Under the pieces are notes generated by a model. The model was given only the letters and a program-made list of their open reading frames with translations. It had not been told where the DNA came from and did not search any database. Shown here piece after piece: positions 17,342-27,105 of a stretch of DNA of 32,006 bases. Where the stretch lies: contig CAWFOM010000017.1 of NCBI GenBank assembly GCA_963817385.1, positions 1-32,006 on the forward strand, read 5' to 3'. The stretch comes from an uncultured delta proteobacterium. GTDB taxonomy: Bacteria > Desulfobacterota > Syntrophia > Syntrophales > UBA5619. The position numbers and the translations under genes are program-made. How positions within the stretch are numbered: the stretch's first letter is position 1; every line of letters begins with the position of its first letter.

Positions 17342-18610
17342 ATGAAACAAGGGATGACCATGGCGGAGAAGGCGTTAGCCAAGGCGTCGGGAAGAGATGC
17401 GGTACGCCCCGGGGAATTTGTAACCGCCGGGATTGATATCCTGATCTTCAACGAGATCTCGTTCACCGATGCAATCGAGAACATGGATCAAATCGGCCGG
17501 GATGAGGTCTGGGATCCGGACAAGATCGTTGTCGTAATCGATCACGTTGTTCCCGCCACGGAAGTTCGATATGCGGAACACCAAAAGAAAGTCCGTGAGT
17601 ATGTTCAGCGATACGGCATTAATCATTTTTACGATGCGGGGGCCGGCATCTGTCACGTCCTGATGCAGGAGAAGGGTCATGCCCTTCCCGGCCGCCTGAT
17701 TGTCGGGGCGGATTCACATACCGGGACCATGGGGGCCATGGGCGCGGTGACTACCGGCATCGGCGTCACCGAGGCTTGTTATGTAATGGTCAAGGGTTCT
17801 CTCTGGTTCCAGGTTCCGGAGACGATTCGTTTCGTTCTCACGGGAAGCCTGCCTCGGGGGGTTTCATCCAAGGACATTCTCCTCCACATTGCGGGTAAAT
17901 ACACCACGGAGGCAGCCCAGTACAAAGCCATTGAATTTTCCGGACCGGTTGCGGGGGAACTCAGTATCAGCCAGCGGGCGACCATGAGCAACATGGGTGT
18001 TGAGCTCGGCGCCAAGTTCGCTCTTTTTGAAGCGGACGCAAAGACGATGGCCTATCTGAAGGGGAGAACCGATCAACCGATCGAACCCTTTGGTCCCGAT
18101 CCGGACGCCCGGTATCAGGCAGTCCACGAGATAGACGTTTCCCCGCTGGAGCCTCAAATTGCCTGTCCGCATGATGTCGGCAACGTCAAACCCGTTTCCG
18201 CAATCGGCGATGTTCCCGTCCATCAGGCCTTCATCGGTTCCTGCACGAACGCACAGACGGAAGACCTGGAACGGGCGGCCGCCATTCTGAAGGGGAAAAG
18301 GGTCCATCCGCGGACGCGTTTGCTGGTTATTCCCGCGTCCCGTGAAGTCTCCATCAATATTGCCCGGTCCGGCGTCCTGCAGACCTTTCTTGAGGCCGGC
18401 GCCATGATGGGCCCCACGGGTTGCGGACCTTGCATGGGTCTCCATATGGGCGTCCTGGCAGCCGGGGAGAACGGCATTTCCAGTACGAACCGAAATTTCA
18501 AGGGAAGGATGGGGAGTCCGGAGAGTTTTCTCTATCTTGCTTCTCCGGAGACGGTCGCTGCATCTGCGATTGAAGGCAAGATCGCCGATCCCAGAAAGTA
18601 CATCGGCTGA
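17342..18610 (+). CDS. Aconitase-family hydro-lyase large subunit (LeuC/HacA/DmdA-like)
   Basis: MTMAEKAL, DHVVP, GICH, GADSHT, FIGSCTN, CGPCMG, STNRNFKGRMG, YLASP. Confidence 0.93.
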   Translation: MKQGMTMAEKALAKASGRDAVRPGEFVTAGIDILIFNEISFTDAIENMDQIGRDEVWDPDKIVVVIDHVVPATEVRYAEHQKKVREYVQRYGINHFYDAGAGICHVLMQEKGHALPGRLIVGADSHTGTMGAMGAVTTGIGVTEACYVMVKGSLWFQVPETIRFVLTGSLPRGVSSKDILLHIAGKYTTEAAQYKAIEFSGPVAGELSISQRATMSNMGVELGAKFALFEADAKTMAYLKGRTDQPIEPFGPDPDARYQAVHEIDVSPLEPQIACPHDVGNVKPVSAIGDVPVHQAFIGSCTNAQTEDLERAAAILKGKRVHPRTRLLVIPASREVSINIARSGVLQTFLEAGAMMGPTGCGPCMGLHMGVLAAGENGISSTNRNFKGRMGSPESFLYLASPETVAASAIEGKIADPRKYIG

Positions 18611-18660
18611 TCCCCGCCGGGCGGTGATGACCGAGAGACCACCAAGAAAGGGAATTCAAT

Positions 18661-19161
18661 ATGGGTATCGTGATCACGGGTAAGGTATGGAAATTCGGAG
18701 ATCGGATCAATACCGATTACCTGCATCCCGGTTTTGCCCAGAAATATCCATGGGAAGAGCTCAAAAAGCACATTTTGCATATTCACAAAGGGTTTGCCGC
18801 AGGATGCCGTCCAGGGGACGTAATCGTCGCAGGCAACAATTTTGGCTGCGGATCGAGCCGGGAGCAGGCCCCGGGCAATCTGAAGCGCTTGGGAATCGGA
18901 TGCGTCGTCGCCGAGTCATTCGGGCGTATTTTCTTCCGCAACTGTCTGGCCATTGCCCTGCCGGTCATGGCCTGCAAGGGCGTTTCCGATCTTTTTCAGG
19001 AGGGCGATCAGTTGGAGCTTGATTTTGTGCATGCCCGGGTGAAAAATCTCGCGACCGGTAAGGAGCTCCGGGGACCGATTCTTCCGGACGACCTGATCCG
19101 GATTGTCGAAAAGGGGGGCATCCTGCCCCTGTTGAAGGCGGAGAATCAAGCGATCGCTTGA
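18661..19161 (+). CDS. Aconitase-family hydro-lyase small subunit (LeuD/HacB/DmdB-like)
   Basis: [35 protein letters not shown]. Confidence 0.93.
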   Translation: MGIVITGKVWKFGDRINTDYLHPGFAQKYPWEELKKHILHIHKGFAAGCRPGDVIVAGNNFGCGSSREQAPGNLKRLGIGCVVAESFGRIFFRNCLAIALPVMACKGVSDLFQEGDQLELDFVHARVKNLATGKELRGPILPDDLIRIVEKGGILPLLKAENQAIA

Positions 19162-19181
19162 AAACCGAATGAGGAACGGAT

Positions 19182-20096
19182 ATGTCGATTACTCTCAAAG
19201 GCGTCATGCAAAGTACCGTTACACCGCTCAAGGAAGATTTCAGCCCGGACCTCCCCACATTTGAGCGGCTCGTGGACTTCCACATCCGCACAGGCGCTAC
19301 GGCCATCTCGTGGCCGCATCACAAAGCCGAGTCGCTCAACTTTACGATCGCGGAGCGGAAACGTATGGCGGAAGTCGCGGTTAACGTCACCGCACGGCGG
19401 GTCCCCGTGTCCATTCATGTGAGTGCCCTTGCGGTGGAAGATTCGATGGATCTGGCGCGTCACGCACAGAAGATCGGGGCGGACGCCATCATCGCCATTA
19501 CCCCCTACTTCTGGGGGCCTTCACCGGAAGCCATTTACGATTATTTTGTCAGGCTCGGCACTTCGATTGACCTCCCGCTCATTGCGTACAACTCTCCCGC
19601 TTATTTGGCCGGGGTGGAGATCACCGGCGAACTGATCGCCCGTCTCATCAACCGGCTGCCCAACCTGATCGCGTTGAAGGAGGCGAGTTTCAACAGCGAA
19701 AAGTTTCTCGAGATATCCCGAGTGGCGCTTGCCTTGCGGCCGACATTTTCGATGATTGCCGGGGTGGAGTTCCTTGCGCCTTCCGTCCCGCTCGGCTGCG
19801 TGGGCTCCTATTCTTCGGCGGGCGCCATCTGTCCCAACCTCTGCATGCAACTTTACGATGCATGCGTTGCCGGAGACAGTGTTCAGGCGCGGCAACTCCA
19901 ATTCAAGCTGGCGCGTCTGTGGGACCTGTTCCGCGACCAGTACCCGTCATCCCTCAAGGGGGGAATGGTTGTCATGGGACGCCCCGTGGGGCCGACCAGG
20001 CCGCCGCTGCCTACCGCCACCAGGGAGCGGCAGGCCACTATCGCCAAGGAACTGGCGGAGCTCGGCATCCTGGAGACCGAACCCCACGGATGGTAA
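19182..20096 (+). CDS. DHDPS/NAL-family class I aldolase/dehydratase, catalytic Lys retained
   Basis: VTPL…, IIAITPYF, IAYNSP, LIALKEAS; the usual GTTGE loop is replaced by PHHKAE. Confidence 0.88.
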   Translation: MSITLKGVMQSTVTPLKEDFSPDLPTFERLVDFHIRTGATAISWPHHKAESLNFTIAERKRMAEVAVNVTARRVPVSIHVSALAVEDSMDLARHAQKIGADAIIAITPYFWGPSPEAIYDYFVRLGTSIDLPLIAYNSPAYLAGVEITGELIARLINRLPNLIALKEASFNSEKFLEISRVALALRPTFSMIAGVEFLAPSVPLGCVGSYSSAGAICPNLCMQLYDACVAGDSVQARQLQFKLARLWDLFRDQYPSSLKGGMVVMGRPVGPTRPPLPTATRERQATIAKELAELGILETEPHGW

Positions 20097-20125
20097 TGCT
20101 TCAAATACGATGAGGAGATATGCAC

Positions 20126-21043
20126 ATGGCCATGTTCACTCCAGGATTGGTGCACACACCGGTAACGCCATTCACTACGGATAACCGGATCGACTTCGGC
20201 TTGTTCGAGAAGCTGATCGAATTTCATCTCCGCCATGGCGCGGAATCTTTGGCAATCCCCATGCATGCGGGCGAGTCGGTGAGCCTTTCCGATGAGGAAC
20301 AGCGAACCCTGATGACATTTACCGTCGAGCATGTCCGGGGACGGGTGCCGGTCATCGCCCATACGAGCGATTCGGGCACCGCCATCGCCGCCGCACGGGC
20401 ACGTCATGCGGAAGCGTCAGGCGCCTCGGCGATCATTGCCACGACACCTTACTACTGGACGCCGCCGCCGGCGATGATCGTCGAGCACTTCGCGCAGATC
20501 GGCTCGGCTGTACGCATCCCGTTCTTCGTTTTCTATGCGCCCGACGAAATGGGGGGCACAAAACTGACCACCGAGATTGTGCTCAAACTGATCGACCGGC
20601 TCGCTAATTTTGCCGGCCTGGCTGATGCCAGCCTCGACTGGCAATTCATGATCAATATCATCTCCAACGCGCAGCGCATCCGTCCGGATTTTCAATTGCT
20701 GTCCGGAACCGAGTACATGGTTTCGGCCGGGGCCGTCGGCGCCACGAGCATGTTTACATCACTGGCAGGCGTTGCGCCCGCGCTGGTGAGACGACTGTAC
20801 GACATCTGCCGCAAGGAGCGTTACTTCGAGGCGCGCAAACCCCAGGAGGAGATTGCGGCGTTGCGGCAGGTGGTTAAAAAGGCCGGCGACGCCGGCCTGA
20901 AGGCTGCGATGCGTGCGATGGGCCGGGATTGCGGAGATCCGCGTCCGCCGCTCCGGGCTCCGGACGCGGGCGCCTGCGAAAACATTGCCGCGGCGCTCGC
21001 CGGGATGGATTTCCTTGAGGCAGAGCACAGAGGCTGGTCGTAA
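20126..21043 (+). CDS. DHDPS/NAL-family paralogue lacking the Schiff-base lysine
   Basis: PVTPF, PMHAGES, VRGRVPVIAH, TTPYYW, but GLADAS in place of GxKxxS. ATG 20126 has better RBS spacing than ATG 20120. Confidence 0.86.
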   Translation: MAMFTPGLVHTPVTPFTTDNRIDFGLFEKLIEFHLRHGAESLAIPMHAGESVSLSDEEQRTLMTFTVEHVRGRVPVIAHTSDSGTAIAAARARHAEASGASAIIATTPYYWTPPPAMIVEHFAQIGSAVRIPFFVFYAPDEMGGTKLTTEIVLKLIDRLANFAGLADASLDWQFMINIISNAQRIRPDFQLLSGTEYMVSAGAVGATSMFTSLAGVAPALVRRLYDICRKERYFEARKPQEEIAALRQVVKKAGDAGLKAAMRAMGRDCGDPRPPLRAPDAGACENIAAALAGMDFLEAEHRGWS

Positions 21044-21160
21044 AAGTCTTGCCGGCTCAGAAGATGCGATCGACAGGTAGATGAAGTCAGTCAAGGCCTA
21101 TTTCAACAGATTATCGACTCAAATGCATGCACGAACCGGATGAACCGAATTTAAGAACTG

Positions 21161-21910
21161 TCAGAAACTCAGAAGCAGCTTGATCGCCATGATGACCATG
21201 GCGATCACCAGCACGATCCGGATGACCTTTTCACCGCGTCGTACGGAAATCTTCGCAGCCCACCACCCCCCGGTCGCGTTCCCGGCTGCCAGGACCATGC
21301 CCAGCGGCCAATCGATGTTCCCCGTCACGCCGAACACGACCATCGCCGGAATAGTGTAGATGAAGAAAACGGCCGCCTTGTGCATGTTGATCCGGACGAG
21401 GTCCATGTTCATCAGGTGCCGCAGGGCCGCGATCATGAAAAAACCGATGCCCACCTGGTGCAGTCCCCCGATGAATCCGATCCCGAGCATGACGGGATAG
21501 ATAAGCCATCCACCCGATGTTTCCCCGGTCTGCCGATCGTTGTTCCCGGATTTGGGGATCAGGACCGTCGCTACCATGACGAGGATGAAGACGCCGAGCA
21601 CCTTCTGAAAAACGAGGCTGTCCATTCTGACGGCCGCAATGGCCCCGAGGACCGCTCCGGGAAGGGCGCACGCGGCGAGCCGCATACTCGTCTTCAGGTC
21701 CGAATAGTTCTCCCGCCGAAAAGAGATGATCGTGGCGATGCACTGGATGAAGACGGCCAGGCGGTTGGTCCCGTTGGCAAGGGGGCTGTCAAGCCCCAGG
21801 AAGATGAGCATGGGGAGGGTGATGGCCGAGCCCCCGCCCGCCATCACGTTCAAAATCCCGGCGACGACTCCGACCACGAAGAGGAGCAGCATAAAGGGGA
21901 CATGTTCCAT
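21161..21910 (-). CDS. TSUP (TauE/SafE) family membrane transporter
   Basis: AGILNVMAGGGSAITLP, ANGTN, and an internal repeat GFIGG…GIGF; about 8 hydrophobic segments. Confidence 0.9.
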   Translation of the reverse strand: MEHVPFMLLLFVVGVVAGILNVMAGGGSAITLPMLIFLGLDSPLANGTNRLAVFIQCIATIISFRRENYSDLKTSMRLAACALPGAVLGAIAAVRMDSLVFQKVLGVFILVMVATVLIPKSGNNDRQTGETSGGWLIYPVMLGIGFIGGLHQVGIGFFMIAALRHLMNMDLVRINMHKAAVFFIYTIPAMVVFGVTGNIDWPLGMVLAAGNATGGWWAAKISVRRGEKVIRIVLVIAMVIMAIKLLLSF

Positions 21911-22048
21911 ACGGTTCTCTATCCGCCTCCTGGGTTTTCCCTTACGCCAGAGAAAAGAAGGTGCGTTCGCGCCTTGTACGCAGGTAACGCGGGAAGCTTT
22001 CCGGCCGAATCTCAGGGCTGGACCCGGCTCCAGGATCGTCCGGGGCGT

Positions 22049-22450
22049 TCATGTCTCCTGTTTTCGGTAGAGGTACAGGCGTTTTTCAGACGGCGCGAAC
22101 CCGTTACGCACATAGAATGCGTCGGCCGTATCGGTATAGAGAAATACCTTCTCGGTATCGCCTGCAGCTTCCACAAGTTTCCGGAGAATGGTCTGCCCGA
22201 TCCCTTTTCGTCGAAAGCCGGGATCGACCGTCATGTAGTTGATATAGGCGATGCTGTGATAGTCGGTAAGCAATCGACCGAAGCCGACCAGCTTGTCGCC
22301 GTCGGTCGCGGTGATATACGCTGACGAACCGGAAATCGCACCGACAAGCCGTGACAACGGCCGGACATCGAATCCGGCCGATTGGAAGAGTGAATGGAGC
22401 TCTTCCGGTTGGAAAGGACCGTTTAGCGTGTATCGAATGGACTCGGTCAT
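22049..22450 (-). CDS. GNAT family N-acetyltransferase
   Basis: LVGFGRL, VDPGFRRKGIG acetyl-CoA motif A, AFYVRNGF. Likely start ATG 22450 (MTESIRY), not 22597. Confidence 0.85.
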   Translation of the reverse strand: MTESIRYTLNGPFQPEELHSLFQSAGFDVRPLSRLVGAISGSSAYITATDGDKLVGFGRLLTDYHSIAYINYMTVDPGFRRKGIGQTILRKLVEAAGDTEKVFLYTDTADAFYVRNGFAPSEKRLYLYRKQET

Positions 22451-22547
22451 AACAGATTCCCAGAGTTGTTCCGCAGACGTTCTTCCGTCCAGCCTGTCCG
22501 ATAAAAAGGCCGTACTGTTCCGCACGCGCGGCATTTTGAAACGATGA

Positions 22548-23333
22548 TCAAGAGCGTTGAGAGGTTTTTGCGCCGATCGAATACCCGCCGTCGACAATCA
22601 GATACTGTCCCGTGATGAACGACGCATCCTTGCCCGCCATGAAGGAGACGGCGGCCGCGATATCCTCCGGCTCCCCGGGCCTGCCGAGTAAGCCGTAGCC
22701 TTTATTGCGTTCCCTGAGTTCCTCAGCGGAGATCCCCTGGGCCGCGGCCTTGCGGAAATGGAAGTCGGTCAGCGTAAACGAAGGGCAGACGGCATTGACG
22801 CGAATCCCGTCTTTTCCGTAGGTCGCGGCGAGACTCCGAGTCAGACTCAGGATGCCGAATTTCGCCGCATCATAGAGGGGCATGTTCGTGCGGCCCGTCA
22901 TGGCCGTCGTCGAGCCGATCAGGACTATCGCCCCCGATTTCTGTTCGATCATCCGCGGGAGGACCGCCTTGCAGGAGAAGCTCACCCCTTTGAGGTTGAC
23001 GCCGAGGATTTTATCCCAATCCGCTTCGGTCGACTCCAGGATGGTGCCGAATACCCGCACACCTGCATTGGCCACGAGAACATCAATCCGGCCGAAGGCA
23101 TCAAGGGCTTTTTCGGCAAAACGGCGGCATTGATCCTCCGCCGCGACATCGGCATGGACGAAGAGGGCCTCCGCCCCCTGGGATTTCAGGATCTCCACCG
23201 TCTTTTGTCCGTCTTCATCCGTCCGGTCCGCGACGACCACCCGGGCCCCTTCCCTGGCAAAACGGAGGGCGCAGGCCCTGCCGATTCCAGCCCCGGCGCC
23301 CGTAATTATGGCAACAGGATGTTCAACAGCCAT
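22548..23333 (-). CDS. Short-chain dehydrogenase/reductase (classical SDR, probably NAD-dependent)
   Basis: TGAGAGIG, VVVAD, ANAG, YDAAK, IRVNAVCP, VDGG; RBS AGGAG before ATG 23333. Confidence 0.93.
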   Translation of the reverse strand: MAVEHPVAIITGAGAGIGRACALRFAREGARVVVADRTDEDGQKTVEILKSQGAEALFVHADVAAEDQCRRFAEKALDAFGRIDVLVANAGVRVFGTILESTEADWDKILGVNLKGVSFSCKAVLPRMIEQKSGAIVLIGSTTAMTGRTNMPLYDAAKFGILSLTRSLAATYGKDGIRVNAVCPSFTLTDFHFRKAAAQGISAEELRERNKGYGLLGRPGEPEDIAAAVSFMAGKDASFITGQYLIVDGGYSIGAKTSQRS

Positions 23334-23489
23334 CGCGACTCCTAACATAACCGATTTCGGAAGATCGACTCACTCGCTCCGTGATTCCGACCCCGCCGTC
23401 CTTTGGGCGGGCAACGGCCTTCCGGGGGACTGATCGGGTCATTCCCGTACCCGAACGGCCCCGAAGGAATCATTGAATCCGCCTTCGCC

Positions 23490-23521
23490 CGCATCCCCCG
23501 CGGCTTGCCGCGGGGGATGCG
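23490..23521. repeat. Perfect GC-rich inverted repeat (REP-like hairpin)
   Basis: CGCATCCCCCGCGGC-TT-GCCGCGGGGGATGCG, 15-bp arms; as RNA it folds into a 14-bp stem with a G(CUUG)C loop. Confidence 0.85.
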
Positions 23522-23595
23522 AGGAAAAACGAAACGGGTCACTCCTCTTAACGATTAAATATTCTCCGCCGCTTGCTTGCGCGAATAATCTTCAC

Positions 23596-24591
23596 TTACT
23601 TCAGCAGCTCAGGAGGAAGTTTGACGCCCTTCTCCTGCCAGTATTTGATCGCACCCGGGTGGAGAGGGATCCCCATCTTCGCCACCGGGCCGAAGACCGG
23701 ACCGGACTCTCCCCAGAGCTTCATCACCTTCGTGAGCATCTCCCGGTTCTTCGGCTCCTGGGTGATCTTCAAGGCATCGTAGATCGCCTGGTCGGGCATG
23801 CTCGCCTTTGCCACCCAGTACTGCCCCCAGAAGAAGGCCCTTCTGGATTTGTCGCTGTTTTCCCCCGGCGCGGTGTTGGGGGCGATAACCCTTGCCTCCA
23901 TATAGGGAAGACCATTTTCGATCTTTTCCTCTTCCGCCTTTGTCGGCTCGATCAGCCGGATCGGCGTGGAGCGGGCCAACTCGGTAAAGGACGGGGTGAA
24001 GGGGCTTCCGGGTGCCAGAGCCGCGTCGATCTGCCCGTCCTTGACTCCCTGGGCAGCCCCCTCGGGGTTGAGGTAGACCAGCTTCACCTTGTCTTCGATT
24101 CCGAGGGCCTTGAACATGCTCTTGGCAACCAAAACACCTATGCCGCCCGGGGCCCCGACGTTCACCTTCTTCCCTGCCAGGTCGCTGAAGGTCTTGATCG
24201 ATGATTTAGTCGGGGCAATCACACAGACCGCCTGGTCTCCCATGAAGATCATGACCCGCATGTCCTTGTAAGGCTTCTGGCCGTCGAACAGTCCGGTTCC
24301 CGTCCAGGCCTCCTGCATGATGTTGGTATGGGCCCAGGTGGTGTCGAACTCGCCGCCAATCATCCGCCGCACGTTTTCTATTCCACCTCCGGACGCCGCG
24401 GCCGTATAGAAATACTTGTCCTTCATCTGTTCATTGATCAGCTGCACCGCCGCGCCCACGCCGATCCTCCATAGGCCCCCCATGGGACCGCTTCCCCAGA
24501 CGTACTTCTGGACCTCGGCGGCGTTCGCGCCGGAGACGATCCCCAGCAAAAGCACGCCGATCCAAACCATGGCCATCTTCCGTGTTTTCAT
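23596..24591 (-). CDS. TAXI-type TRAP transporter substrate-binding protein
   Basis: Signal peptide; GSGPMGG, SGGGIENV, DLAGKKVNVGAPG, IPLHPGAIKYWQE (TAXI C-terminal signature). Confidence 0.92.
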   Translation of the reverse strand: MKTRKMAMVWIGVLLLGIVSGANAAEVQKYVWGSGPMGGLWRIGVGAAVQLINEQMKDKYFYTAAASGGGIENVRRMIGGEFDTTWAHTNIMQEAWTGTGLFDGQKPYKDMRVMIFMGDQAVCVIAPTKSSIKTFSDLAGKKVNVGAPGGIGVLVAKSMFKALGIEDKVKLVYLNPEGAAQGVKDGQIDAALAPGSPFTPSFTELARSTPIRLIEPTKAEEEKIENGLPYMEARVIAPNTAPGENSDKSRRAFFWGQYWVAKASMPDQAIYDALKITQEPKNREMLTKVMKLWGESGPVFGPVAKMGIPLHPGAIKYWQEKGVKLPPELLK

Positions 24592-24619
24592 ACATACCTC
24601 CTATTATTGGTGTGAGTGT

Positions 24620-26563
24620 TCATTCCGTGGACGCCCCTGAAGCGACGGGGGCCCGCTTCCTCAAAGAGACTTTCTGTATGACAATCACCAGGGCGAGGAG
24701 CACATACCCGATGATATCGGTGGTCCACCCCTCGTCGAGGAGGAGCAAGGCCGAGGCGAGAAGGCATACCCGCTCAAAGAGGGTTGTCCGGCGCAGCAGG
24801 TATCCCGTGAGCGCCCCGCCCCAGGAGACCAGGGCGAACAGGGACGCGATGACGGTCGAGACAAATCCGTAGTTCCATCCCACGTTAAGGATCGACGTAT
24901 AAATGAAGAGAAACGGCATCAGGTAGATCCAGGAGGCCAGGCGGCAGGCCTCCCAGCCCGTCTTGAAAGGATCGCTCTTGGCGATGGCCGAGGCGGCGAT
25001 GGCGGCCAGCGCCACGGGCGGGGTGACGTTGGACTGGACGGCCACCCAGAGGGCGATCATGTGGGCGGTCAGCGGCTCGACGCCCATTTTGACGAGGGCC
25101 GGGACGCCCAGGATGACCAGGATCACGTAGGAGGGAGTCGTCGGGAGTCCCATGCCGATGAAGAGGCCCGCGATAATGATCAAAAGGACCAGGGAGAAGA
25201 GATACCCCCCGGAGAGATAAATGATGAACTGCGAGAAGTAGTTCGGGAGCCCCGTCAGGCTGCAGACCCCCATGACGATCCCCAGGACGCCCACGATCGA
25301 CCCCACGGAGACGGCGCCGCGCGCGCCTTCGGAGAGGGCCTCGAGAATCTTGGAGAACCCCATCCGCGTCTCCTTTCTGAGCCAGCTCACGATGATCGTC
25401 GCGACGATCGTGTAGAAGGCCGCGATGAAGGGGGTCATGTCGAAGGCCAACAGGACGATGAGGATCGGGACCGGGAGGAGCAGGTGGAGCTCCTTCAGGA
25501 TGTTGCCGTACTTCGGGAGTTCAGAGGCGGGCAGCCCCTGCAGGTTCAACTTGACCGCCTCGAGGCGGATGATGACCGCCACCGATGCGTAGTAGAGGAT
25601 GGCCGGGATCGCGGCGATCTTGATCACCGTGATGTAGGGCGTCCCCGATATCTCCGCCAGGAGAAAGGCCGCGGCCCCCATGACCGGCGGCATGAGCTGG
25701 CCGCCCGTCGACGTGGCGGCCTCCACGGCGCCCGCGAAATGGGGCTTGTAGCCCATCCGCTTCATCAGGGGGATCGTGTAGACGCCGTCGACGACCACGT
25801 TGGCCACGGCGCTTCCCGAGACGGTCCCGAACAGGGCGCTTGTGATGACCGAGGCCAGGGCCGGCCCGCCGGTCACCCGCCCGGTGATGGCGTAGGCCAG
25901 ATCGACGAAGACCCTGCCGCAGCCCGACACCTCCATGAAGGCCCCCAGAATCACGAAGATCAGGATGTAGGAGGCGAAGATGTTGGTCATCGTCCCCAGG
26001 ATTCCGTCCCCGGAGAGGAAGAGGCTCTCGGCGATACGGGCGAGCGAGAATCCGGAGTGGCCGAGCCCCAGTGGAAAGTAGGGGCCGAAGTAGGCGTAGA
26101 TGAGGAGCACGAGCCCGATGGCCGGGATGATGTTCCCTACCGTCCTCCTGGCCATCTCGAGGGAGAGGAGGATGATGCCCCAGCCGAGGACGGCATCGAT
26201 CGTCTTGACGCCGCTGCCCATCCGTTCGGCGAGCTTCGGATACTCGACGATGTAGTAGATGATGATGACCGTCATGATAAGGATGAAGAGGACATCGAAG
26301 ACGCTCATCCTGCCCAGGGGAGACCTCGGGCCTGCCTTGAAGAGGGCGAAACTGATGACGAACGTCCCCAGGAAATAGAAGCCCACATGAGTCTCCTGGG
26401 AAACGAGCCCGAAGAAGGTAGTGTAGAGAAAATAGAGGCTGTAGATGGCGCAGAAGACCCTCAGGGCGATATCGTACCCCCCCTCAAGTTTCCGTTTTCC
26501 TCCTCCCTCGCCGAAAAGACCTTCATCCTGCAGATACTTGACTAGCTTCCCGAAAACGCCCAT
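24620..26563 (-). CDS. TRAP transporter fused permease (DctQ-DctM, 4TM/12TM type)
   Basis: LEMARRTVG, GTVSGSAVANV, TIPLMKRMGY, EAATSTGGQLMPPVMGAAAF, GMGLPT, TPPVALAA. Likely start ATG 26563, because the upstream extension overlaps the promoter. Confidence 0.93.
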   Translation of the reverse strand: MGVFGKLVKYLQDEGLFGEGGGKRKLEGGYDIALRVFCAIYSLYFLYTTFFGLVSQETHVGFYFLGTFVISFALFKAGPRSPLGRMSVFDVLFILIMTVIIIYYIVEYPKLAERMGSGVKTIDAVLGWGIILLSLEMARRTVGNIIPAIGLVLLIYAYFGPYFPLGLGHSGFSLARIAESLFLSGDGILGTMTNIFASYILIFVILGAFMEVSGCGRVFVDLAYAITGRVTGGPALASVITSALFGTVSGSAVANVVVDGVYTIPLMKRMGYKPHFAGAVEAATSTGGQLMPPVMGAAAFLLAEISGTPYITVIKIAAIPAILYYASVAVIIRLEAVKLNLQGLPASELPKYGNILKELHLLLPVPILIVLLAFDMTPFIAAFYTIVATIIVSWLRKETRMGFSKILEALSEGARGAVSVGSIVGVLGIVMGVCSLTGLPNYFSQFIIYLSGGYLFSLVLLIIIAGLFIGMGLPTTPSYVILVILGVPALVKMGVEPLTAHMIALWVAVQSNVTPPVALAAIAASAIAKSDPFKTGWEACRLASWIYLMPFLFIYTSILNVGWNYGFVSTVIASLFALVSWGGALTGYLLRRTTLFERVCLLASALLLLDEGWTTDIIGYVLLALVIVIQKVSLRKRAPVASGASTE

Positions 26564-26631
26564 GAAATTCTCTCCATCGTGAGATTGTTCCGGATCGGAC
26601 CGACGAAAGAACATGCTGGTTACGAGCGCGA

Positions 26632-26660
26632 AGGATACGGTGATCAAGCATGTCTGTCAA
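26632..26660 (-). promoter_or_regulatory. Sigma70 promoter for the TRAP transporter genes
   Basis: Minus strand TTGACA (26660-26655), 17 nt, TATCCT (26637-26632). Confidence 0.7.
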
Positions 26661-26696
26661 CCAAATTTTCCCGCACATGATCTGTGAGTTCTCCCC

Positions 26697-27065
26697 TCAC
26701 GAATCGGACCGTACTTCCTCGTCATCGGGCGGGGATTTGACGATCACCGCCCGCAACGGTTCGGTGTTGCTCAGATTCAGCGTGGCGTGATAAACGCCGG
26801 CGGGAACGAAAACGACCGAACCGGGCCCGATTTCGATTTTGTCTTCCTTTGTTTCCGTGATCCCTCTGCCTTCAAGGACGAAGATGACTTCCTCCTGCGT
26901 CGGGTGCATGTGCAGTTTATGGCTGTATCCCGGCTGGTACTCCGTAATCTTGAGCCTGATGTTCTCCGACCCCATCCGCTCAGGTCCGACCACATCCTTG
27001 GTCAACCCCCAGTCCACGTGCCGAAAGGGGACGTCGCCGTGCAATACGACTTGTCTCTTATTCAT
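26697..27065 (-). CDS. Cupin-2 domain protein
   Basis: PGYSHKLHMHPTQEEVIFVLEG and GSVVFVPAGVYHA metal-binding cupin motifs. Confidence 0.9.
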   Translation of the reverse strand: MNKRQVVLHGDVPFRHVDWGLTKDVVGPERMGSENIRLKITEYQPGYSHKLHMHPTQEEVIFVLEGRGITETKEDKIEIGPGSVVFVPAGVYHATLNLSNTEPLRAVIVKSPPDDEEVRSDS

Positions 27066-27105
27066 TCACCGCTCCTTTTTCTGTGGGAAATGCCCATAGC
27101 GTCTG

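Noticed and set aside
17342..19161. Assigning leuC/leuD (leucine biosynthesis)
   Set aside because: No leuA or leuB nearby, catabolic context, and an atypical small-subunit substrate loop (HPGFAQKY). Specificity cannot be read from the sequence.
19182..21043. Assigning dapA
   Set aside because: The GTTGE pyruvate-binding loop is not conserved in either copy, and one copy lacks the catalytic Lys.
21044..21160. Bidirectional terminator at the convergence point
   Set aside because: I could not find a convincing GC stem with U/A tracts.
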